Of a DNA stretch of 64,000 nucleotides, positions 23,879-34,531 are shown piece after piece. Both the position numbers and the translations under genes were made by a program. The first letter of the stretch is position 1, and each line of letters opens with the position of its first letter. The notes beneath the pieces are model-generated. The model saw only the letters and a program-made list of their open reading frames with translations. It had not been told where the DNA came from and did no database searches. Origin of the DNA: Macrostomum lignano (Eukaryota); NCBI GenBank assembly GCA_002269645.1, contig NIVC01001481.1, forward strand, positions 217,331 to 281,330, in the 5' to 3' direction.

Positions 23879-25965
23879 AGTGTAGTGATAGGTCTAGTTC
23901 TAGTAGGCCTAGGAATTAGTATAGTTACTAAACCTACAATAATAGCTTAAGACTAAGAGTACCTACATGCAATGTTTTTATACTTTATTTTAAAAAGAAC
24001 AACACAAAAAGTTTGGCTAATGCCACTTGTGAGTTTGCAACTTTGGGCTTATGAAATAAAGTGAAAACAATATGAAAATGAAAACTTCACTACACAGCTA
24101 TATGAAAATATAATAGAGTAACATGTTGTGCATGGTAAATTAAAAGAATGGTAGTCTTCACTGCCCCAGATCAAATACAATCACAGATTTTGTGACGAAA
24201 AACAGATTTTTTCCTATCTTCGCAGTGTATTTTTTCCAGGAAATCGTGGCCTCCAAAAAATTGCACGATCTTTGAGTTTTACGTCCTGTTAGTCTAGAAG
24301 TCCTTGGCTACCCCCCCCCCCGCAAACAAGTCCTCGGGAGTGCGCGAAAAACAGAATTGGATATATACTACTTAAAGCCGTCCAAGAGCGGGGAAACCCA
24401 GAAGTCTTGGAAAGGGCTAACTATTGGAGCGAGTCTGGAAGGCTTGTATCCGAGGGGGAGACTCTAGGCGGATATAGCAACACCTCTATTGCTACCAACC
24501 CAAGGGCATCGCCTATCCAGCTCATTATTGGGGGCCAGGCCAAGGGGTCGGGAAGAGGCACCAGGGGCAAGAGGACACCGGACTCAGCCGGTTGTCCCCG
24601 GTACGGGACGAACATCCTTCCCAGGACACCAATCCACTGTCAGGATGAGAGCTCTCATCCTGAATAATGGCCTTTACAACAAAAAAATTTGGCACGCAGT
24701 TCAAGGCAAGGATCCCACTGGAGTGTAACTGAATCTGAAAAATCAACTTAAGGGGATAAATTTCAAATTTTGTGACCATACTCTTAAGCCGCCTAGACTT
24801 CTTCATGTTTTACTGGTAGATCGAGCGATGCCCCACACAATAATTCATAGATACCACCAATAATTAATGATCAGACTACACGCGTACCTGTGCATACATC
24901 TGCAAAACAGCCGAGCAAAACAGCTAGGTTACGGCACTCTTGGCATATGGGCCTGCGCAGATCCTGGTGGCTATTTTGAAGTCATCGTAAAAACTAAATA
25001 CACAGTTTTCACCAGCAATTGCTCGCTCTCTCTCTCGCACAAAAGCAGACTGCACGTCACCTAAGCTGATTCAGGAAGTGATCAGGTGCCTGCTGCTAGC
25101 TTTGCGGCAGTTGCACGCTCGGCGCTAATTCGTCGACTGCATACCTGCTCTGGCCACGACGCCGGTGCCCAAGCTCTGGAGGCTCATCGAGATCACGGGA
25201 AGCTGTTTTTGATCAAATTTCTTGTAAAGCCTAGCTGTTGCATTAGCTCGTAGCAGTGTGCTTTTTCTTGTTGCTGTTTCTGCAGATCTAAAGGAGAAAT
25301 AAGCAGAAAGTTTTCTAGAGTCACGCCAATTTCATTAGCAAATAATGATTACTTTTTTAAACCCATCAAGAAACAATTTATATACGTGTTACATGTATGC
25401 TACTTTTAGTAGCCTAATTCGTTTACGAATGTATAATATTATTATGTACATGCAAAACAACTTTGTATTACAATTAAGAGTAAGTTAAACGCGCATGATG
25501 CTATTTAAATGTCCTCTTCAATACTTCCTGAGTGTGAATAAAGCCTTGCAAATTATTTCGTCAACAGTGGCGCTCACATACCAGGAAGGGCTGTCTCTAT
25601 AGGTGCTGGTGCCCAGTGGCGAATCTAGTATAGAATTTCATTTTTTGGGGTTGGGCAGTCCAAGTTTGGGGCGCCGACATGAGTATGAGGGGCGCCAATT
25701 TTTAAGCTATGGGGGGGGGCAAATATGCGTGTAGGGGGCGAAACATCAAGTTTAGGGGCCGAAAAAATGCGTGTATAGTAGTAGTAGTAAGTATAGTAGT
25801 AGGCAAAAAGCCTGTTTAATTTAATTGGCCAATGTTAGTCGATGCATTTAATACTTGTTTAAAAGGTTGGATACTTTTAAATGATGAATGAATACGAGTT
25901 AAGATATTTGTATTAAATATGGTATTTGAAAGAGCGTCTGGAATTTTTTACGGTACTTTCGAATG

Positions 25966-26149
25966 CAGGCGCGTCGCCACCGGGGGGACAGGGGGGACAT
26001 GTCCCCCCCCCCCAGTAAAAGCTCTGAGTCGTTGTGACGCTAAAAGAAATGCCTGCGGCGCCAAAATGTGTCAAAATTTAGTCATGTACATGTACATTTT
26101 GAATTCTTGGCTTTGTCCCCCCACCATAAAATCCATGGCGACGCCCCTG
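25966..26149. mobile_element. 184-bp hAT-like MITE within a cluster of MITE fragments (about 25614-26400)
   Basis: TIRs CAGGCGCGTCGCCA / TGGCGACGCCCCTG (1 mismatch) and 8-bp TSD TTCGAATG/TTCGAACG. Confidence 0.8.
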
Positions 26150-27499
26150 TTCGAACGTACTATAACGACTAAAAACAGAACGACAAGAAATTAAGTAGGG
26201 GATTACAAAAAACAGGTACTGCATGATTTTGATGCAAAACGGTTCATCCAGAATGCGATTTATAGAGGGGGGGGGGCGGAAAATCAAGTTTAAGGGGCGC
26301 AAACTTAGGTTTTTGGGGGCGCAATATGTTCTATCAAGATATTTTGGGGGCAATCGCTCTCGCCCCGACCCCCCCCCTTCCCCCCTAAATCCCCTGCTGG
26401 TGCTCCTAGTGCTGGCCCACCTGGTGCTAGAGCCCTATAGTACTACTGTACTAGTATAACCTTCTAAAATAATATTATTGCAGTCGATATATAGGATATA
26501 GAAATTAAAGATCGACTGAATAAAAGTGCATGACTGCGTTAATCCAAATTGCGCAAGTTATTGATCGGTGCAAGCCTAAAAATTTCATGGCCATCTGCAA
26601 CTATCAATTGCAAAATTATCTCAGAAACCTAATAGCTTGCAGCAATTGTTCTGTAGTACATTGCTGAACAGATCGAGATGAACTTTTATAAAAAAAACTG
26701 AAACTCGACAAAAACGATAAAAATTGTGTCGGATAGGCGGCCCAACAACCCCACCGTTGCCCATGCAGGCCTCGTAGCCAAGTAGTGCCCTTGCACTTGT
26801 TGCTGCTATTTGGATAGTATATGCAGCAAATAGCCATATCGTAGCTGTAACTGCAGTTTCGTAGTCTGGGTTTGTGGGGTGGGCCCAGACTTAGGCTATA
26901 GAGCTATAGAAGGCGATGAAGTGGTCAAATGCGCAAGCACCGCTCGCAAAAATAGAATTTGCATGGCATAGATTGGCTTATGGGCTTGTGCCAGCAGCTG
27001 TAGTATAACCTAATACACAGTTTTCACCTTGCGCTCTCTCTCTCTCTCTCTCTCTCGCACAAAAGCGGACTGAATCGCTATATACTATTCAAAATAATTT
27101 CAGCTCGGTTATCTCTGCCTACGAGCCCCTGCCCGGCGCTGGCGGCCCGGGATTGGCTGAAAATTCAAGTCGCATCCGGGGCCGCTCGGATAGAAGAGAA
27201 GATCGAGTCTGCTATTCTTCGAATGCGGTTTTTCTGAGGGTTAAAACAGATTTTAATTGCCAGCCCTAAACCACCCCACCCCACCAAACTTCGCGGGCGA
27301 ATTTACCTTTTTACAATTTATGGTTGTCATGCGGGGTAAGAGAACTATGCAAGATCACGCGCGCAAAGCAGAACACTGCCACGTCTCGAGCAGTTTCTTA
27401 TTAGAAGCAACATTTTTGTCGATTGACTTGGCGCCTTTTTGATAAGAGAATAGCACCCTAATTTTGGCCTTTGGGACACACTAATTTGTAACATTCAAA

Positions 27500-28730
27500 C
27501 TGGTATGGGATTTAAAATGACACTCCACCAATTAAAAGTGATGCTCTACTAATTCAAAATGGCATGACTCTACCAATTTAAAATGATGCTCTACCAATTC
27601 AAAATGACACTCTACCAATTCAAAATGACACTCTACCAATTCAAAATGACACTCTACCAATTCAAAATGACACTCTACCAATTCAAAATGACACTCTACC
27701 AATTCAAAATGACACTTTACCAATTCAAAATGACACTCTACCAATTCAAAATGGTACTCTACCAATTCAAAATGGCACTCTACCAATTCAAACTGGCATG
27801 ACTCTATCAATTCAAAATGACACTCTACCAATTCAAAATGGCACTACCAATTCAAAATGGCATGACTCTACCAATTCAAAATAGCACTCTACCAATTCAA
27901 AATGGCACTCTACCAATTCAAAATGACACTCTACCAATTCAAAATGACACTCTACCAATTCAAAATGACACTCTACCAATTCAAAATGACACTCTACCAA
28001 TTCAAAATGACACTCTACCAATTCAAAATGACACTCTACCAATTCAAAATGACACTCTACCAATTCAAAATGACACTCTAGCAATTCAAAATGACACTCT
28101 ACCAATTCAAAATGACACTCTACCAATTCAAAATGGTACTCTACCAATTCAAAATGGCACTCTACCAATTCAAACTGGCATGACTCTATCAATTCAAAAT
28201 GACACTCTACCAATTCAAAATGACACTCTACCAATTCAAAATGGCATGACTCTACCAATTCAAAATGACACTCTACCAATTCAAAATAGCACTCTATCAA
28301 TTCAAAATGACACTCTATTAATTCAAAATGGCACTCTACCAATTCAAAATAGCACTCTACCAATTCAAAATAGCACTCTATCAATTCAAAATGACACTCT
28401 ATTAATTCAAAATGGCACTCTACCAATTCAAAATAGCACTCTACCAATTCAAAATAGCACTCTACCAATTCAAAATGACACTACTAATTCAAAATGACAC
28501 TCTACCAATTCAAAATGACACTACCAATTCAAAATGGCACTCTACCAATTCAAAATGACACTCTATCAATTCAAAATGACACTCTACCAATTCAAAATGA
28601 CACTTTACCAATTCAAAATGACAGTCTACCAATTCAAAATAACACTCTACCAATTCAAAATGGCACTCTACCTATTCAAAATGGCACTCTACCAATTCAA
28701 AATGGCACTCTACCAATTCAAAATGGCGCA
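27500..28730. repeat. 21-bp minisatellite, not in any recognised gene
   Basis: Unit ACTCTACCAATTCAAAATGAC. Confidence 0.95.
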
Positions 28731-30894
28731 ACTTATACAAAAAGGCCACGATCTACGAGTCTAAAGTGGCACATTACTATAAATTATAGAATGGCACTCT
28801 ACTTTGTACTATCCAAAATGGTGCTGTAGCTGTACTATAAAATAGCATAAAAGTACAAATGTGATCTAATAGAAATAAATTCAGCAATAGATCATTTCAA
28901 TATTTTACAAGTAAGCCAGTCTGCATCATATTTTTTATGCCCAAATGTCCTAGAAAATAAGACTGTCAAAACGAAAACCGAAAATTTCAACAAAGCTAGC
29001 TGAAGTCTTATCACTGAATTGGGATTATAATTTCGTCCCAATCCGCCCCCTCTCTCAAGACTTGTGTCTCTTCTCTTTCTCTCCTTTCCTTTCTCCCCTT
29101 CTTTCTCCCCTCCTCTCCCCCTCACCTCTCTCATCTCCCTTTCTCATTTCCCCTCTCTCCTCTCTCCTCTCTTCTCTTCTGTATGGCCCTGAAGTCGCAA
29201 AAGTTTGCCCAACCCCTTAGCTAGATCCACTGTCAGTGCCAGTCATTTTCAGCGCAAAAATTCCAGCGCTAACGGCAGACGCTGTTGTAGTTGTAATAGC
29301 AGCAATGGTGACAGACCAACCCTATTACTCTATCCAGCCAGTATTTGAGTCCCGTCGGGGTTGTGAGTCAGAAATGGCTGACAGTGCGCAGTAAATTACA
29401 AAAGAACATATAAGACACAGGAACACAGGGAGGGCAGAGAAGGGGCAGCTGCCCCCCCCCCTCTGTTGGCATTCAACAGTCGCTTAATGCCTTATTTGGA
29501 GTTAAGAGAGCGCAATTTCTAAGAAATGATATCAGTTGATCAGTGAAGCAATTATATCAAACAGGGGCAGGAGTTCATGCTCATTGTCCAGTCAGGATTA
29601 TTAGATGTGTCCATAAACTCCTGACCATGCTTGAAACATTGTTGCCTTCACATCTGGTTAATATAGTGCGCAACTATTTATAATCATCTGATCGTGACTT
29701 GACCTGTATAAGCTATAACTTACCTTACAAGTTGAGATTCTGATGCTCAGACAGTATCGGAGGCTCTCTATAAGCGCAGCTTACTGGCTGCAGTAGCGAC
29801 TAATACCCTGTCTCTGCTTTATATATTGTAGTACGACAAGAGCGCGCCAGTAATTTCTCGGAAATCCTAACTCGTCCCGCCCTGGCCGCTCATTCGCTGA
29901 AACCCCGAAGTTCCCTTTTTTGAAGTTCAGTTTTATGCTAATAGTCCACAGAACAACTAGAATGTACATTAGTATAGTGTACACTGACCGCAACCCCCCA
30001 CCCCCTGGCCCTTATACAGTAGATGCGGATACAATGGTCACGTGACATCTGTAAATTCTACGATTAGCTGAAGATATATTTTAGCTTTAAAAAAGTGGTC
30101 GCATGCGTACGTACGGTGTGAGCTGTGAGACTTGTGAGCTGCATGGACAGCAATTGGTAGCTTGTGCGCCTGTCATTGTGTTGTGCGTCTGTCTGTCGCA
30201 AAAGCACAATTGCGGGCTTGCAGCTATAATATTTTAACTTTATACTGCGGGGCTAGATGAGAAAATCCTGGCGGTAGACAGCCACCCCACCCCGATTTGC
30301 ATTTCTTGCATTCTTTTATTTAGCTTGAACTTGAATTATTGTACATTAGAGTCTACCCCGCGCGTACATTGTTGTATCAGTACATGCATAGACTGTACAA
30401 TGTGCATGGCGCGCTCTTACAGCAAAAACTGGAACTTCGGTTTTATGCATGCGTGTTAGGCGGTACAACAACAGTACCGACTTACAAGGTTGTAAAGCAG
30501 TTACATGCAAAGCAATGGAAAGATTGTACGAAAGCTAATATTAGCTTCCAAATTTAGCCATGCCGTCAGTCAGGTCATCAATAATTGCATCAAAAATCTT
30601 TTTTACCAAAAACATTATGACACGAAGCTCGCTATGTTCCTTGTTTCTGTGCTCTTCTATCGATTAATAGCTATAATTGCTAGTGCTATTAATAGTTTTG
30701 ACGAGTATTTATTAAAACGAAAGTTCCTTTATTCATGTCTTGAGCTCTGCACATGTCAATTTGGTGCGAACGTACCTGGCTGCACTACTGCTTCACAATG
30801 GCAGTCAGAAGCTGAGTTGAAGACCTGCGGGTCAATTTACATGTACATGTGCAAAGTGCACATGAACTTGTAGCTAGCGGCAGAACCGTCGACA

Positions 30895-31295
30895 TAGCAA
30901 CCCCACTAAAATCGCCATCTGACCCACCAAATCCACTAAAATTGCTATCTGACCCACCAAACCTACTAAAACCGCCATCTGACCCACCAAACCTACTAAT
31001 CGCCATATCTGACCAACCAGATCCACTAAAATCGCTATCTGACCCCTATAATCTCCATCTGATCCACCAAACCCATTTAAATCTCCATCTGACCCACCAA
31101 ACCCACTAATTAAATCTCCATCTGACCCACCAAATCCACTAAAATCACCATCTGACCCATTAAAATCGCCATATATGACCCACCAAATCCACTTAAATCG
31201 CCATATCTGACCCACCAAATCCATTAAAATCGCCATATGACCCAACAAACCCACTAAAATCACCATATCTGACCCACCAAATCCACCAAAATCGT
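30895..31295. repeat. About 29-bp minisatellite
   Basis: Unit approximately AAAATCGCCATCTGACCCACCAAATCCACT. Confidence 0.9.
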
Positions 31296-31879
31296 AGCTC
31301 TCTGACTTTCATAAAATTACTCTTTACTCAACTCTCTCGTTTCACATTACTGTCACCTCATATCAAATATTTCTATGCACTTCTTGCATAATACGACAAA
31401 CGTTACGATCATCTACTTAAAAATATTTATGAAATGAGTCAATTTTAATGAACCTTATTGTCGCGTGCGTGCTTTCATGCGAGAAAACACGGCATGTAGC
31501 TCGTGCATGCAAAAGCAAAACCGAACTTCAAATGATTTTGAGCTGCTGCGCAGTCTTGTCTTGTCTCTTGTCTTGTTTGTCTCGGTTGCTGCTATACTAC
31601 GCTTGATTTTTTTTAAGTTCGGTAGATGGAAGGTGCAAAAACAGTGTGGCAACTGCAGCAACTCATGCCCATGCCATGCGCTACCGCAGAATTACACAAG
31701 TGCGTAGGCGGGCGCGCTGCACATAAACCAGCTGTGTTTATAGATAATGACAAATGACAAAACTATTAGCTGCATGTATAAAATTTTGTGTTGTAAGCTT
31801 GTGTCTAAATGTTGTTAATAATAACTGAATTTCTACTGTACATGTACTACATTTTGAGAATTGGTGTTGTTAGAACAAT

Positions 31880-32100
31880 CATTTTGGCGCCAGAGCTAGG
31901 CACTCATTTTGGCGCCGGAGCTAGGCACCCATTTTGGCGCCAGAGCTAGGCACTCATTTTGGCGCCATGTGGAGCTAGGCACTCATTTTGGCGCCAGAGC
32001 TAGACACTCATTTTGGCGCCAGAGCTAGGCACTCATTTTGGCGCCAGAGCTAGGCACTCATTTTGGCGCTATATTTTGGCGCTATATTTTGGCGCCCTAA
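31880..32100. repeat. 25-bp GGCGCC-core minisatellite
   Basis: Unit TTTTGGCGCCAGAGCTAGGCACTCA. Confidence 0.9.
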
Positions 32101-32221
32101 AGCGAAATTTGACTTCACAATGGGCAACAAGGTGGGGTGGGGGGACTAAGCTTCATTGGCATGTCCCCAAGCTAGCTGTCCCCCCGCGGTGGCAACGCCT
32201 CTGATGAGATGTACATATTGC

Positions 32222-32513
32222 ATAATAATAATAATAATTGATGACGCCTTAATGGGCAGATGTGCAACCGACAGCTCAGCCGCAGCTACATGTATTGGGC
32301 TGTTCAGTCCAAGTACTGGGGGGTCACCCACACACCCTCAATCACTCCAACTAATGCTGGCACCGATTTTACATCTAGGTGAACTGAAGCAATGGAGAGT
32401 TAAGTCTTAAGTGTCTTGCTCAAGGAAACAAATTGTTCCGACTGGGTCGAGAGTCGAACCCCCGACCTTCAAGTTGTGAGTCCGACGCTCTGACCATTAG
32501 GCTGCAACCGGCC
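32222..32513 (-). mobile_element. tRNA-derived SINE (about 290 bp) with a CORE-like central domain and (ATT)n tail
   Basis: On the minus strand: A box cagcctaatgg, B box ggttcgactct, then ccttgagcaagacactt...ttaactctccattgcttcagttcacctagatgtaaa (resembles the MIR/CORE consensus ccttgggcaagttacttaacctctctgtgcctcagtttcctcatctgtaaa), ending in attattattattattat. Confidence 0.8.
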
Positions 32514-32947
32514 CTAGAGGTCATGCATGCAGACAGACTACAAAAGTACAAGAATTCTTTACACATGTAGATTCATACATGTACGAATTAGTATAGTAAC
32601 TGATTACATGTACTGTACAAGGTCGAGACAAGAATTTATTAGCAGCTTGTGCTAAAAATTAGATTGGCACCGTGCCATTGAGTGAATAAACAGTAAATAT
32701 GACTCAAGCAATTGCGAGTAAAACAACTCAAAGCCGTCAGTTCTTGGTTTAAACTTCTTTTTTTCCGACGAATAAGACAAAATTAAATGAAGACTTTGGA
32801 TAGCTACCTACTGAAATAAGTAGTACTAATGTGACATGACGTAGCTAAACCTAATAAACGATAAAATTTGAGCAACTGTAAGTCTGTAAGTTTTATGCCT
32901 TTCGTTATGGCTGACTACACAGGGGATGTTGCTCGGGAGGGCTGCGG

Positions 32948-33075
32948 GCTGACGGCAATGCTGCCCATTCCGCTGACTCCTGAGCGCATACAAGCGCGCC
33001 AATACTGTACGCAGGCAGGCACTCATGCACACGCTTATACAGGGTGTACAGCAGCAGACTTTCTAATCGTCAGGC
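32948..33075. repeat. Unclassified dispersed repeat, copy 3, cut at its right end by a MITE-like insert
   Basis: Close match to 278-406. Confidence 0.75.
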
Positions 33076-33184
33076 AGGGGCGGCGCCACCCCCCCCCCCA
33101 CAGTACAAGCTATGGCAGCCTTTGTGACACGTTGTGGAAACCAATAATTTTGTTTCAGGGCGCTCAAATATAGTACGTGGCACC

Positions 33185-33575
33185 GAAACGAGTGCCTGCG
33201 GCGCCAAAATGAGTGCCTGCGGCGCTAAAATGAGTGCCTGCGGCGCTAAAATGAGTGCCTGCGGCGCTAAAATGAGTGCCTGCGGCGCTAAAATGAGTGC
33301 CTGCGGCGCTAAAATGAGTGCCTGCGGCGCTAAAATGAGTGCCTGCGGCGCTAAAATGAGTGCCTGCGGCGCCAAAATGAGTGCCTGCGGCGCTAAAATG
33401 AGTGCCTGCGGCGCTAAAATGAGTGCCTGCGGCGCCAAAATAAGTGCCCTGTGGCGCTAAAATGAGTGCCTGCGGCGCTAAAATGAGTGCCTGCGGCGCT
33501 AAAATGAGTGCCTGCGGCGCCAAAATGAGTGCCTGCGGCGCCAAAATGAGTGCCTGCGGCGCTAAAATGAGTGCT
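33185..33575. repeat. 21-bp minisatellite inside a MITE-like element starting about 33076 (caggggcggcgcca)
   Basis: Unit AAAATGAGTGCCTGCGGCGCT. A single copy of nearly the same motif occurs inside the MITE at about 26045-26068. Confidence 0.92.
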
Positions 33576-34531
33576 GACTGCTGACAACTCCGCATGGCTG
33601 TGAATTGCACAACTCAGCATCAGCAGCAAATTTTCATGCACACAAGCCAAAATACGCGTTTACCGCGCTGAGCTGCTCTGCCCCCGAAGCTTTACCCTAA
33701 AAGAAGAAAGGCTGCAAATAATATAAAATCAAACACAGAAATTAGCATATTAATAATAGCAGCTATTTTTGAGGTGGCCAACAGAAACGGTGCATCCTCC
33801 ATCCCCCATTACGGAGCGAGAATGAACGCACAAATAAATCCGTAAGAATTCATCCATCCATCGCTTGTATATTTTTGTTAATATACGCAAACAGTTATTC
33901 TTTTGGTAGTTGGTTGTGGCAAAAAGATAAAATCGAAATTCTTTCTACCACTACAGATGTTATTCATATATTTAACTATTAATATAGAGTAAAATACGGT
34001 ACTAAGTTTTTTAAAAGATTTGCTGGTAAAGGATTTATAAAGCTTGTTGTTGTCCACCCAGTATATGTGTTAATTCACAAAACTGGCTAAACGATTCAGC
34101 ACACACTACTGACAGCCTAAGTTTACATAGTAGTATATTAATTTATATTAAAATTAGAGCTACAAATACATTAACTAATAACAATCAGATTAGAAAGTAA
34201 GACCTATTTTAATATATATAGCGTAGCAAAGTTCAGTAGTAGCTAACCCATATCTGAGACACAGAGAGAAAGGGAGGGAGGGAGTTGATGGAAACGGAAG
34301 CAACTAGTCAGTAGTATTTAGTCATTTCATTACGCGCTAAGTGTAAATAAAGTCCGCTAACTTGGTGAAGTTTGAGAAGCAACGAAGCGGGGGAAAAAGC
34401 AACAGAAGAAGACGGTAAAGATCGGAGATACAGACAGAGAAGAATAGCCTAAATCAGTGCGTCTTTGTCAGCACTCTTAAACCGCAGGTCCCCCCCTGCC
34501 CAAACAGTGTTTCACTAGCTAGACAGGCTGA

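Larger units (their letters stand above)
21532..24306. mobile_element. Non-autonomous DNA transposon with 295-bp terminal inverted repeats
   Basis: 21532-21826 is the near-perfect reverse complement of 24012-24306 (termini CAAGGACTTCTAGACT...). The flanking direct repeat is GCTACCCC (8 bp), extendable to GGCTACCCCC (10 bp) if the TIR is trimmed by 1 nt. No transposase ORF is present. Confidence 0.9.
21284..24659 (-). mobile_element. Probable 5'-truncated retroposed element (about 0.6 kb of own sequence) interrupted by nested DNA transposons
   Basis: A 16-bp direct repeat CTGAATAATGGCCTTT flanks it at 21268-21283 and 24660-24675. An (AAAC)n-like tail on the minus strand abuts the left repeat. 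The body is GC-rich and non-coding. Confidence 0.55.

Noticed and set aside
25070-25150. Kinase-like peptide LLALRQLHARR on the plus strand
   Set aside because: An immediate stop follows, and there are no HRD or DFG motifs in any nearby frame.
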